Source of the DNA: Rhina ancylostomus
Lineage: Eukaryota
DNA: 64,000 nucleotides
Assembly (NCBI GenBank): GCA_030265395.1
Contig: JARFYF010000060.1
Coordinates: 14,007,948 to 14,071,947, forward strand
Direction: 5' to 3'
Each line of letters opens with the position of its first letter. Position 1 is the first letter of the stretch. Under the pieces are notes generated by a model. It did not search any database and had not been told where the DNA came from. It saw only the letters and a program-made list of their open reading frames with translations. Of the stretch, positions 10,406-23,938 are shown one piece after another. Both the position numbers and the translations under genes were made by a program.

Positions 10406-13400
10406 AATTGTCACAGTGATTCATTTGTGTTCTTACCTCATTGCCTGATTTGTTACTTTCTTAAATTACATCTGATTCAATTTCAAATGGAATCAGCAAT
10501 TCTTGGAGGAAGGAGCTGAGGTAAAAAAAATCTAGTAAAAACCATCCCTTTTAACAGTACTCCATTAAAATATCTACATCTTCCACTGTGACAGCAGAGC
10601 ACCATGGTGATGCATTTCTTTGAAGGTCAAACGTTCAGTTTTCAGGAGGCTGAATTAATTCTCCCATTGATGAACTTTGCACAGAAGTTAGCCACTTGAA
10701 GAATTCTGATGGATTGTAAACTCACTTAGAGAAGTAAAGCCCGTAGTGATATTATCCTATTAAAATGTCAGTAAAGACAAGATATTCAAATCAGGCATCT
10801 CCGCAGAAAGGACAAGACTAGATAATTATAGACTCAACATGTCACCAGTGTTATCTCTGGCTTGTTTTTTAGCTCCTCATGTGACAAATGGGCACTACTT
10901 AGCAATTCTGATTAGCGAAAAATGACATTTACAATGCTCGCAGAAGCTCTGTTGCAGAATTGCTTTTCCAAAGTCTCTTAGCCTCTGACAGGGCTGGAGC
11001 ACATTTTAATTTATGTAACATTTCCGAGCAATGTTTTATATCGTGGAAGCATTCTGGTAGATTGTAACCTTTTGAGAGGACATAAAAAGTGGAAATTCAG
11101 CTTGAGAGATAATGAAAATGGGAGGCATTGCTTCAGCCACCTATCATGCTCTGTGCTTGATATTCTATTCTGTTGAGTTAAATTGTATCGACATCTACAT
11201 GGGACTTACAGCAGTTGAAAAGTAGTGTTGTTTGCTAACATCTCATCCATTGTTTTAGTCCTAAGACAGCGAGTGCCAACAAAGAATTGTCTTGAAACTT
11301 ATCTCCACAATATTATTTCATTAGCATTAGCAACTGAAAATCGTTTCTGTTTCAGAATGAAATGTGGTAATGATCACTTCTTGTTAATTTTGCATCATTC
11401 CGGAAATTCACCTGGGAACTTCTGAGTGTGAGGCACTCTTATATCCCTGATGTGGGATGACATCATTCACTGCACAGTTCTCTTTTTGGATCATGTTACT
11501 CCTTCAGTGACCTTCGTTACAGAATCTTGGACAATGTGGTCTTCCCAGTCCAATGCCAGATGAAGATGCCTGTCAAGTAAGTAGATTATGAACCTTTATC
11601 CTTTGATCAATCTCCCATTACCCCGGAGCACCAGCTTGTCTCACACACCTTGCAAATGCCTGAGGGTCCTGACCTCTCAGTCTTCCGACCCCTGCCCCAA
11701 AATGGCCTGAGTCAGGTTCTGAACTCTTGATCTAGTGCTCCCCCAATCTGCCACTAGCTCCTCCTCTTCCCTGATGTTCCCAATGCCCCTTCAATCACCC
11801 TCTGTTCATCTTAGATCTCCCCCCGGCAGCATTCAAAATACACCTGGCCTTGGTCCCATTCCCCGCACCTACCATCTAAATTGCAGAGCTCAGATGTCTC
11901 CACCTTCACCCCATCTCCCATCCTTGGCCTGGTCACCTGCTTGCAGTTGTACGAATAGCCAGAATGGTTGTTGTTCCCTGACCACTCATCTTGCACATCC
12001 ATTTGGTGCTGCAGAACTTCAAGGCAATTGCCTATATCCGTTATGAAGGAGAATGTCAATAATAGTCAAGCAGAATTCTATGGTTCTGTCATTCTCATCT
12101 CCCCTCTGCAATACCAATGCTGCTAAACAATTGTTGGAGTCTTATTGTTTTCTGGGAAACAATTGAATCTGACAGAAAGCAAATGCAGAAATAATAGGTC
12201 CATAGCAATTTCCAAACTATTTATTAGTTTGTTCAATGATCTGCATCTGGAACTGCAATCCTGTAAAGCATGATTGTCTGAGCTTTACGTCTTTGACAGC
12301 AGTTAATACAGACCATGGAGCTTCAAGAGCAGAGTTAAGTCTCAATGCAAGTCCCTATTACCTTATGTAAATCTCAAGAATCTGGTGTCCTCCTTTTACA
12401 ATTTATCAGCCAACAAAGCAACACCACCAATTGTTGGCCTTTTCATGCCATCTGCGAATATTATGTACGTGTTAAACTGTAACTGGGTGTTTATGAAGAG
12501 TAAACTGAATTATATCTGCCTGCCACATAATTCAGGTTGGATTGGGTTCTGGTGACAGCAGGACTTTTTCTCCCCATAAAGTGCTGTTACCTGATGTGTA
12601 AAAATCTGCAATGTCTGCAATGCTGTGAATTTGAATCAACCCTGACCTGTCCTCCCTCAAAGTCCTGGAAATCCAATCAGGATCAGGGCTATCGTGTTGT
12701 ATTATTGACATTCAAGAGAACTGATATTTTCTTGTTTCAAGATGTTACTGTCCAATTAGAGTTTGATCCTGTAGTTTGCTTATTAAACCCAAATGAGAAG
12801 ATGCTAGGTGTTAGTTATTAGTGGCCATGACTGTTATAGCAAATTGTATAGAAATGATGATTAGCTGAACAGAGTAAGAGAACAGCTCTCCTATGTTACT
12901 CAGAGAGAGACACCTGTGTGTAGGAAGTGTGTATTACATCAGTGTATACCACATAGAAAAGGCATATTTGGTGAGACAAAAGAGGGAGTTTCTGTGCAGA
13001 TGCTAAAACTATCCTCGAAGAGTTTGCTCACCATTTAAAGTCTAAGCACCTAGCCCAGAATTCTAAGTTAACTTCAACAAAGCAATGAAACATCCTATCA
13101 CATTTTATTTAAGCATTGGTGCTAATCATTGGTTGCTCATTAGGGTTGAGAAACAATGTCTTCAGACCTTTAAGATTATTTGGCCAGCTTAAAATTTACA
13201 TATGTTTTGAATCTGTGACCCTATAAATATTTGAGAGGGGTATAAGGCAGTGCAATGGAGCATGCTTTAAGATTCTAAAGGGAAATTCAGCAAAGAATTT
13301 GGGGGTGTTTCCTTATATAGCAAGAGATCCAAAGACTTAAATGAACTGTCAGAAAGCATGACTGATAATGACTCTGGAACTCTTGTTATAACATAATAAA

Positions 13401-13959
13401 TATTGTAAAGTGAGATTGTAGAGTTGTTATTCTGGAAAAATAACCTCATGATTTGAAGAGCATCTCAAGCTTAACATACTTATGATCCTTTGAAAATGGG
13501 AGAGTTTGGGCTGTTTATGATGACAAGTGGAGGTCAATTAAGAATAAGCTTGTCCTTTTCTCCTTAACAATCTGTTAACTCTGAGGTGACAATGGTTTAA
13601 TGTCACCTCTGAGAGTTATGGCTAAAGATTGAAGACTAACAAAATTAGTGAGAAGTAAGAAGTTCACTTCATTCCATAGTTTGAAGACTGATGATAATGA
13701 TATTGACAACCAGATTGATGAGGTCACGAGAGTTAGGTCTGTTTTTCAAATATCCTGTATAAATGTAAGATTTCATAGGTGATTGAGAAGAATATATTAA
13801 TTGTTTTCTGCATTGCAATAAGTTCCAAAGATCTGCAATTGATTCCACCTCCATCTCTGGTCACTGTTTCTGGCTCAGGCATTTTACTTGCATCAACCCA
13901 TTCAACCCTACCCTGAATTAATGGGTCCATATATTATCCATCCCAGTCAATACATCCAA

Positions 13960-14120
13960 TATTGAGTCCTTCATTGAAACCTTTGTTGCTTCTAGTCTCC
14001 CGAGTTCTCCAGGACACATACACATCTTCCATGGTAGTTGATTGGCCTCATAATGATTCAATACACTGCTGCCTATAATCTAATTCAAGTTTCACTTCTT
14101 CCATTATTTCTTTCTGCACT
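13960..14120 (+). mobile_element. L2 LINE fragment (degenerate)
   Basis: ESFIETFVASSL (~ETLIHAFVTSRL) and IQYTAAYNL (~IQNSAARIL). Confidence 0.4.
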
Positions 14121-14174
14121 GAGGGACATTTTCTGTACTACCAGCATTTCCATCCACAAGTGCCAAGAGGTTTG

Positions 14175-14920
14175 GAAATCCCATGCAGAAGTCCCAGCAT
14201 GCTGGCCAAGTTGGATACAAAACTGGCTGGGAAACAGACAAGAGGGTTATTCCCAGGAATGGAACCGTTGTTTTTTCTTTTTGATATTAATTACCTGGAC
14301 TTCTGAGTGCAAGCCACCATTTTTAGAGTTGTAGATGACAGAAAACTTGGCAGTTTATTGAACTATGAAGAGGGTGGTGACAGACTGCTGGTGCGAGGGG
14401 CAGAGAAATGAGAGGTGCTGCGCTTTGGTAAAAAGAATGAAGAGGAGCAACACACAACAAAGAACACAGTTCTAAAGGGCTGCTGGAGCAGAGGGACCTG
14501 GAGGTATGTGTGCACAAATAATTGAAAGTGACAGGGCAGGTTGAGGTAAATAAGACATGGACAATTTTAAGCATTATCAATAGAGACACAGAGTATAAAA
14601 GCAGGGAAATCATATTGAGCCTTTGGTTCCTTTGGTCCAATTTCAATTGCAGCAACGTGTTCAAATCTGACTGCCACATTATAGGAAAGATGTGAAGGCA
14701 ATAGAAAGGGTCCACAGAAGATTTACAAGGATGTTTCTTGAGGACAGGGACTACAGTTATGACAATAGATTAGTGAGGTTGGGACAGTCTTTGGAGGAGA
14801 AAAGGCAGAAGGGAGGTTTGAAACAAGATTACCAAATGATGAGGAGCCGATACAAGAGGGGACAGTGGAATGCTGTTCCCTTTGGTGAAGTGGTCAAGGA
14901 CTAGAGGTCACAAGTACAAA
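14175..14920 (+). mobile_element. CR1 ORF2 fragment (degenerate)
   Basis: WIQNWLGNRQ, VDDRKLG (~ADDTKLG), EQRDLEVCVH, EYKSREI and AIERVHRRFTRM in order, with frameshifts. Confidence 0.8.
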
Positions 14921-15504
14921 ATAAAGGAACACCTGCCTTCATTGTGTCTGGTCCCCTCATGATCATTTACAGAGAACTAGTTCTGTACCACACATATAAC
15001 ATACTACAAGGAGGCTCATCATATTGATGGAGATTGCAGCATGTATCTATATTGTGCATTATGTAGAAAGACTGCAATAAATAACGGCACACCAGTAATT
15101 TTGTTTAAAATATTCTGAGCAATAAAAAATGAGATTGGTATTTGCAATGGGTCCCTTTAAATCACATCTTCTTGTCAGTCAGGGGTTGCCCCTTGTTTTA
15201 TTGTAAAGTATGAACACAGGTTGTAGTATGCACTGATTTAACAGCTAATCTTTGTCAGTAAACACAGAAAGGACATTAGATGCATGTCTGAGGCTGGGGG
15301 AACACTTCACTTGCACAGGGCTGCCCACACCCATTTCTTTATGGTTGTTTATTATCCCAGGAATGATCACTAGCATGATCTAACATGCGCAAGCAAGTTG
15401 TGTGCTCATTGAAATGTTAATAGGTTAAATTTCTAGGCACTATAATCAATGCATTTCTGTTGATAACAACAATAGGGATGTAAGCTGCAATCTAAAATTT
15501 AATT

Positions 15505-15690
15505 TAAGAACAGAAAATACTATGAGCAGTCAGTAGGTTAAACAGCATCCACAGAGAGAAAAATGAAATAGATGTTTCAGTTGGAGACTCTTTGTCAGAA
15601 CTTTTCCACAGCTGCTGCCTGACTGTTGAGTATTTCCAGCATTTTCTGTTTTTATTTCAGATTCCCGGTATCTGCAGTTTTTGATTTTCA
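15505..15690. mobile_element. Fold-back Penelope-terminus-like repeat
   Basis: Arms aacagaaaatact...cagcatccacagag and ccacagctgctgcctgac...agcattttctgtt are imperfectly complementary. Confidence 0.6.
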
Positions 15691-15964
15691 ATTTAATATT
15701 TGACTTGATAACATCTTTTCCTATATTGAAAATCCATTTGTGCCAGAATCCTGACCTCAGCCCTCATTTTAACAGTTTATTTCATGGAAACAACTATAAG
15801 GGGAGGAAAATGTGTTAAAGCCAGGAAATTTTGAGCAAAGAACTTGCCACCAGCACCAGAAGATGGGGAGTTAAGGAGGATCTGATGTGATGCAGGATCA
15901 GAGATCCACAAATTTATTTGTGTGGATTAAAGTGACTTTACACTAAAGTTGCCAAAACACTAAA

Positions 15965-16133
15965 GTTTACACTGTAAGTTGCCAATAGTGTGTAGCTAAG
16001 TAAAAGAATATGGGTAAGGCGATGAGAATGTTAGGAGAATTAAATGGCATTAGTGTGGCAAATGGGTGCTTGCTATTAGGGACAGACTCGGTGGGCTGAA
16101 AGGCCTGTTTCCATGCTGTATAACTCTATGACT
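15965..16133 (+). mobile_element. HE1-like SINE/CR1 3' tail
   Basis: actgtaagttgccaatagtgtgtag...ggtgggctgaaaggcctgtttccatgctgtataactctatgact. Confidence 0.6.
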
Positions 16134-17889
16134 TTGATGGACTTTGGTCTTTAATTTATATTTTAGAAATATTCCTGTCGGCTTTTATTTTTTCAAACTG
16201 CGAGAACGACAAATCTGTTGGCTACTAGTTAACATTAAATATGTTGCATTGTAACAACCATGCATTTTTTTCCAGTTAAATTTGATTCTGTATAAGATAT
16301 TGCACCCGTGCTTCAGAAGTACAGAATACAGACTGAAGATGAATTTCTAGTCTTCTTATTTAATTTAAGTTTTGTTTTCATACAGAGTTAAAGGTCCCTG
16401 TTTAAAATCTTGGCCAATGTACTTCTATTCCTATATGTTTTGCGTATTAATTTAAAAGTAGGAATGAACAGAAAGCATATTGAACCTGAAATTGTAGTTC
16501 AATTGTTAAGTTGTGCTATTTAGTCATCGCAAGGTTTTGGGCTTGCCATCACTGCAAGTTACAATAGCACCTAAGGTCTGTTGAGGAATGCACAAAAGGA
16601 AATACCATGACTGGAAATGAGACCATGTCAAGATGGCTGGCAGGAAGAGAATATCTGCACCTGGAGTTCAAACTAGGGTTGAGAGGGGCCGGAATACTTC
16701 ACCAGAGGCCTGATTGAGACCAGTGGGTCCAATGTGGCTGGCATAAGGTCCAATTGGCCATAGATCAGTGCCTTGTTAATGTGATATGAGATCGGTGCCT
16801 CCACTGGGAAGTTCAAAGGATCAGCAGTAGCAATGGGATGGGGCTGGGGAGTTTGGGGATGTGTTGTTAGGCTATTGGAAGATCAGTAAGTTGGGGAAGT
16901 GTGAGAAGGTTGGCTGTCGGGTGCTCGGGAGTCTGGAGCCATATTGATTAGGAATGTTGAGTGAATGTATTGACCTGCTGAACTGATTCATCTTTACAAA
17001 ACTTTTGCCACCTTCAGTCTGGTTCCTCTGAAATCCAGTGTAGCAATGAGATGAAGTAATATCCTGTGTGTCAAACAAAAAAAACTTTAGATGTCTGAAA
17101 TCTGCCCCTTTGTGTCGGTCCATTTCACTAACAAGTATGTAGTTTCTTGGTGTAACCTATTTATCTTACAGCAGACATGATTTACCAGAATAAAGGAACT
17201 TCCAGGTTAAGTTTTTTTTTGTAAAGATTTATTATATCAAAATACAAAACATTTTTGAAGCAGGACAATGTAACATGGGCATTAAGCAGCTGAAAATGTC
17301 CACATAGTAGTCTCCACGCCACCTTGCAGTTAAATGTCCTCTATTGTTTTGACAATGAACAAATTGTCACATGCTCTTTGCCGAGCACATATATTTCTTC
17401 ATGAGCATGCAATGGTTTTAGTCTGATTGATTACACAGGTTTGAAATATTCAGAAATGGTTGGGTACCAGGACTCCTCCCATCCATACAGAGTATGTTAA
17501 AAGGTGTTTGAAAGTTACTGTTAGCTGTACTGCCGTATTACCTGTCACTGTAAGCCTGATTTCCCTGTCAGAAGATACAATTCTTAACTAAGTAATGCAT
17601 TCAGAACTCAGATATAAAAAAAGAATTATAAATGCACTCAGGTAATAAGAAATCTATATTTGGGCACTTTGAGACCAGTGGTGGTCAGAAATGTTCACAC
17701 TGGGAAATATGCAGCTTTAACTTTTATAAGGTATTGCGTATTCCTCGCTATCGATGCTAACAGGTCATGTAGCCTCTTTGTTATGCTCTGCCAGAGCAGT
17801 GTCACATTGTGGGTGCCTGAAGGGCTTGAGAAATCATTCATCTGAATATCTCTTTGATAGGACGTCCCAAATCTGTAATCTCTATCCTA

Positions 17890-18122
17890 GAATGACAAAG
17901 GCAGGAGTGCAAGGGAATGCTAGTGCTTGGAAATTCCCCTCTGATATGTAAATCATCCTGACTTGGAAATGTATTACTGCTCCTTCATTGTCATTGGGTC
18001 AAAGTCTTGGAACTGGGATCTAAAAACATTTCAAACAGTGGCCCACAACCACCTTGCAGGGAAAAGAGATAGGAAGTAAATATTGGCCTTGCCAGTGTTT
18101 CCCATGTCTTGTAAATGAATAT
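17890..18122 (+). mobile_element. Old CR1-type LINE 3' end sharing its tail with the LF-SINE-like element
   Basis: ggaaattcccctc...catcctgacttggaaatgtattactgctccttcattgtcattgggtcaaagtcttggaact...ggccttgccagtg. A related copy lies at ~27625-28010. Confidence 0.5.
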
Positions 18123-19219
18123 TTATATACAAATTACAGCATATGCACTTAGGATAGTATAATATGCTACTCTCTCTGGGCTGCACTGCACATATATCCT
18201 TTTTATACTGAACATGACCTTGTTTGAAAAGTCTGCCAATTTAGTCAGTTCTTATCAACATCTAACTTCTCCCTACTGAGGATGTTTCAATTACATGTTC
18301 ATGAATGGATTAAGATAGTGTGCAACTGTTACTTTCCAAAGCCTGTAATTTTATTACACTAAACAAGAACCTACATTTAAACATCAGGGATCAGTAGCTT
18401 GGGTCAAAGACATGTGGCAATGTTGGCAGTGATCCACATCAGCCAAGTCTTGGCCTGCAGAAGAAAACTGGTGATGAAAGATGCAGGAAATGTATGGAAT
18501 GCGGGCATTAAGACTGAAACTATTAAAGCCATAAAAAGGATAATATCTTGAGCTTCGTTAAAAGAATCCTAAAACTGACACAAAACACCTGAAGAAATAA
18601 AAACAGTGACAACAGATATATAAAAAAGTCAGATAATTATAATGATCTTCTCAAATTGTTAAATGGAGGCACTAATCGACTACATTTATTTTTAGTTATC
18701 TGACCTGTGTAAAATGCACAATCCCAGTCCAGTCCAATAAACCTCCACTTGCTACTTTTGGTTCTCTTTTACAGAATTTTGTTGTTTTCATCTGTATTTA
18801 GTAGATATGTTTACTTAAGCTAGTTCTGCATACATTTGAAAAAAACTATTTGTAAATGTGATTGAAAACTAAAATTATAAAAATCATCAAAAGGAGGTTT
18901 AACATAGAAAAAGATTATAAACCTTTTGAATTAAATAGATCAATAGTGAAATATCAAGATGTAAATACAGTAACAATTATATAGTTGACATTTAGTTTAG
19001 CAATTAGATGCCACAGAGTTCTGAATACTTAAATATATTTAAAAACAAAATCATACAACTTCTTTAGGTTCTTTAAATAGATCATTCTTTGATTTTTGTT
19101 TGCATTTGTTCTATATAAACATGTCCAAATCAGATTATTTTAAAATTGTTTAATAAGTTATAGCATTTGAGTTAGAGTAAGTTAGTCTTGAGAATCTAAT
19201 TGCACTTAATTTTTCCTCA

Positions 19220-19522
19220 TGATGTAGGAGGCCATTTGGTTCAATGAACGACTCTCCGAGCAATCCCATCAGTCCCATTTCCACATATATTCTCCTGTAA
19301 ACTATCCTCTCTGACATGTCCATCAACTTCTCCCGATTGTATTGCCAATCACCCACTTGCTTACAGTAGCCAATTAACCTACTAGCACATCTGTGGGATG
19401 TGGGAGGAATCTGGAGCATCTGAGGAAACCCAAACATTCACAGGGAGGACGTGCAAAGATCAGGATCGAGTCCAGGTCATGGAGCAGTGAGGAGCAGCTC
19501 TAACTCTTGTGCTAGTGTGCTG
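19220..19522 (-). mobile_element. HE1-like SINE
   Basis: ttacagtagccaattaacctac...gggatgtgggaggaatctggagcatctgaggaaaccca...caggatcgagtccagg, homologous to 60578-60818. Confidence 0.75.
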
Positions 19523-22500
19523 TGTCAAGAATATGTTGTAGAAAGATAATAATTACAACGTGTTCAGAAATAAAGGGAAGAATATCATGAAGAGACAGAC
19601 CTCAGGTTAAAGTGTAACCTTATTATAAAATGGTCTTAGAGATGGAACTGTATTATAAGTGGTTGAAATTGAGGGGGTGGGGGGAGAAATTAACACAAAT
19701 TTGGAATGAAGTAATTACCTATCCATAAATTCCAGGGTTTCAGTTACCTAGCATCAATTGTTCTAAAGCATCCGTTGTCTTGCTATCACGGGTTTGCAAA
19801 TGGAGCAAAAGGGAACTAGAGAAACTCAGGAGAATGAGACATGGTGGGACTCACTGCCTTCAGTGACAAAGGAAAGTACTGATACCTTCATCACAGAATC
19901 TCACCCCGCACATGTGGAATACATTACATAACTTAAGAATTGAAGGACAAACAAAGTCAATGAAAGCACAGTGAAACATCATTGCATCAACTGACAGACA
20001 GCTTCAGGCTGTTGCAGAGATTGCAGCCATCCTTTCTTTAAACTAAATGGTAATGACATTTCTTCCTTCAATTGTACATTATAATTTAAGTTCAAAGAAT
20101 TCAAAATAAACAAGGGCAATATTTGTTGCCCTTCTTAAATCTGGACATCGATTATTAACATTATTTTTGTATCCAGTTTTTCCTCAAAAATCAGTCCTTC
20201 TGTTATATAGTTTCTACAGCAGAGGAGAAGGCCTTCTTGCTCAACTGATCTTTGCACTTCACATGCACTTTCTCCTCCTCAAGTCCATATTTCAATAGTT
20301 GGCCATTTGGTCACATACCTTGCAAATTCTCAAGGTGATTTAATTTTAATTTTTGTCCATTCTTTGTCTATCTTGCACCTAATCCAGGTAATCCGGCAGT
20401 CTGCTGAATCATTCCCATAAAGATTTTAATATTACATGGTTGGGGGAAGAAGAGGGAGGTTAGGAGCCTATGTAGGATATATAGTGGTAAATATTCTACA
20501 GATAAGGCTTTGGTACAGCACCATTTTGTTATGATCACAAACTCAAGTATTTTGCCTTTATGGAAAAAAATATCACAACAGTAATACCTGAAGTTGATTC
20601 AATTAACCCTCTAGTTGCCATTTTGTAGGCAATGTCTTCAAATGTTAACTGAATAATGCCTGTGTTGGGAAGCCAGAAATAGGATTCCCCCTTTGCGATC
20701 ATTGTGAAACATTCCTGGTCACTTAGCACATGCAGTGATGCCATAGGCAGTGTATACTCCTGCCTTGAAAAGTAAAAAATGGATGCATCACATTGCTTAA
20801 GTTTATAAACCAGAGATAAAACTACAAAATTATTTTAAATCAATTTAGTTGTCTTTTTTAATTAACCAGTCATCCTCTCTCCTGAAAAAAGAATTTAGAA
20901 AATATAACTGATGGACTTGTTCCTACATTTTCAGCAATGATATATTTTGCTAAATGTCAGGCAAAAGCATTAGCATCAAGAGGGTTAATGTCTCAGCAAA
21001 ACTGTGCTTACAATTACTTCTCCAAATGTTTGCTATTATAATATACACGGCGATGATATTCTAAGTGAGGCATCGATAAATAAAACTATTAAAGCTCATG
21101 AATCACATTTTTTGGAGGAGTTGAATACTACAACACCTCAGCTGCAGCACTGAGATGAGATTTGTGGCACTAGCAATGGGAAAGTGGTAATCTGAACAAG
21201 TCACTATCACAAAAGAAGTCTTGAAATTACACTGTTCAGATATTGGCTCAGTATGCGTGAGTTGCTATTTTAATAGAGTTCCATTCAATTCAATTTCTAA
21301 AAGATTTGCTCTTAGATTAAAATTGAGCAAATTTCTTGTTTAGTTAGAGGAACAGAGAAATTGTGTGTATTTAAGACTTGAAACAGGGTCAGTTGTGATA
21401 GGCTGCAGCAAAAATGAGCATCAATGTGCACATTAACCCTAGAACCACAATGTTTTATTCCAAAAACATACTGTAAAATGTGGTATATATTCAGATAGTG
21501 TTATTATAACCAAAGATATCTCTCCGTATGATCAAAATGCAAAACCTTCAGTAACTCAACAGCTTGTCCTGAATAATTCAAATTGATTTCTTAAGGAGAC
21601 AATTATAATACTGAATATCACCTGTATTAAAATTAATTCCACAATTACATTAAAAAGACAGCACACACTTTTCTGGTTTCTGCAGACTGTGTATCAAAAC
21701 ACAAAGGCATTAATAACACCAAGTAAATTTCCAAATAAAAATTAATTTTTCTGCAAAAATTATGCAGTTATCTTTATACCAGCTTTTTAAACACTCATTA
21801 GAAACATTTTAGAACAATAATTATATTGAATACAGAACATTTTTACTGGATTTTCCTGGCCTTATACAGACTGAGTTTTGAAATTTCTGATGCCTATAGC
21901 TATGGTTTTGCACCAAATTCCATCCTTTAATTCTAAAGAATAAATATACCATCCATCCAAATTCCTCAGAAGTGTTCATGGCACTATTGAAACAATTACA
22001 CACTGTAAAATGAATTCCAGTAATGGTCATTATTGGCAATGTGTTTATAATAAATGAATGGAGTCAGTGATAGGTGGCATATTTATTCTTTAAATATTTC
22101 AGTCTTTTAAAGCCATAAAACTATTAAAATCAGGATTGGTCACATTGAGTCAATGTCACCGATCTCAACAAGATTCAGATACTTGAATCCTGTTTGTTGT
22201 ATTGTAGAAGTACATCACTGTCTCTTCTTCTAAACACTTGCAAAGACAGCTGCTCAGTTAGTATACAAAGGACTCCCTTCACAATGTACTCCTAACAGAT
22301 GGCAAATATTGGAACATTTGCACAATAGTTGATTGCAATCTGACGTGAAACAGTTTTTGAGCTAAGGCCTTACAAACCGACAAAAAGATCCTGGGTAATT
22401 GAAAAAAAAAGTTTTTCCTAAAGTACTCATAAAATTCTATAGGTTTTGTAAAAATAATGAAATACAACTTTGATGACTCAGAAAAGGTGTCATTTCATTT

Positions 22501-23710
22501 TTAATATCTATTAGAATACCAACAAGCACCAAGTAGATTAATTAGTAAACTAACTTCAGTTGAAAGTCATAAGCATAATTGAACTCAGTATTAACATATT
22601 TTATGCAATGTTTAATTGGTGTAGATGATAGATGTTGTGGAAGTGAATTTAAGATTGAAACTATTGCTAACAGAGCATCCTTACCTTTTCACCACGGTTT
22701 TGTCAGTGACTTGTTTTTCTAATCGTTATGAGAAAATTATATTGGAGGAATGACAGGGTTTCCAGATATGTGTTATTGTACCCCTGGGCAGACTGTAAGC
22801 CATTCAGACCAAAGGTGTCAAGTTTAACCTTTGGTCTGTGCTAACCAGTTAATAACCTCAGCCAGGTTGGCTGTGGATGATGAAGGGCAGTGTAATTGGT
22901 CTTATTCATGGCATGGAGAAGGAGGAAGAGAGAAATCAGTTTGGCCATTTGTGAAGTCTGTTTTCCATTCTTACTGGAAATTAGTCCAGATGGGCATTAG
23001 TCAGATGTTAGGATATTTGTTGGGCATGATACCTCACATTTACATCAGTCATCTGTCCAAACCCAAGCAGTGAGGAGACATATACATGAGCTTCCAGCTC
23101 TAGCAATGGGGTATTATCCTGCACAAAATTCACAGCAGAGATACCATAAGCAATGAGAGAGGCAGATTAAATAAACAAACCCTCATCAAACAGTAGGGTT
23201 TCTAATTGACAGGAGCCTAAACACTACCAAGATCAAAATTAGCTTTATTCAATACTGATTTAAATCAGTGAGAATAGAGTAATCCCATTTCGAGGTATAT
23301 GCTATTAAATTGTCCCTTAAGGTTGAGGGAATAGTTCAGCAAAGGACCTTTATTTACATTCAACTGGTTCTTTACCTCTCTTGATGAGAATGTTTCTCTT
23401 AAGAACAAGTAGCAAGAATTCCTATTATGTATGTACCCACCCCTATAAACTCAATTTCATACCCCACCTTTACCACCTATCCCTTGTAATGATGGGGACA
23501 ATTTACATGCAAAGTTGTTCCTCATAACTGAAGGAAAGCAGCAAAATCTGAGCAATTTTTCTGGTGAACCTTCATAAAAAAAGCCCTGAATGGAAGTTGG
23601 CTCTTTACTGGTAACGTGGTGGGACAAGGTGCACATCACTGCTTCAGTCTCTTCACAATTTGAAAGCAGAGAGAGAGGCCTGATCTATGTTGTAACTACT
23701 GCCAGGAAAA

Positions 23711-23938
23711 GATACACACAGAGCGCTGGAGGAACTCAGCGGGTCAGGCAGCATCTAAGGAGGGAAGTTGACAGTTGATGCTTTGGGTCAAGACCCTTCA
23801 TTTGGACTGAGCACAATCAAGGGTCTCAACCCAAAATGTTGACTGTCCATTTCCCTCTATAGATGCTGCTGGACCTGCTGAGTTCCTCCAGCATTTTGTG
23901 TGTTGCTCCAGATTCCAGCATCTGCAGTCTCTTGTGTC
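23711..23938. mobile_element. Fold-back Penelope-terminus-like element (long hairpin)
   Basis: Arms 23715-23798 and 23819-23902 (about 84 nt each) are imperfect reverse complements around a 20-nt spacer. Confidence 0.8.

Noticed and set aside
15935-15985. Short direct repeats (acactaaagtt/aagttgccaa) as a CRISPR-like or functional array
   Set aside because: Only two to three irregular units at a SINE boundary in eukaryotic DNA; local slippage.
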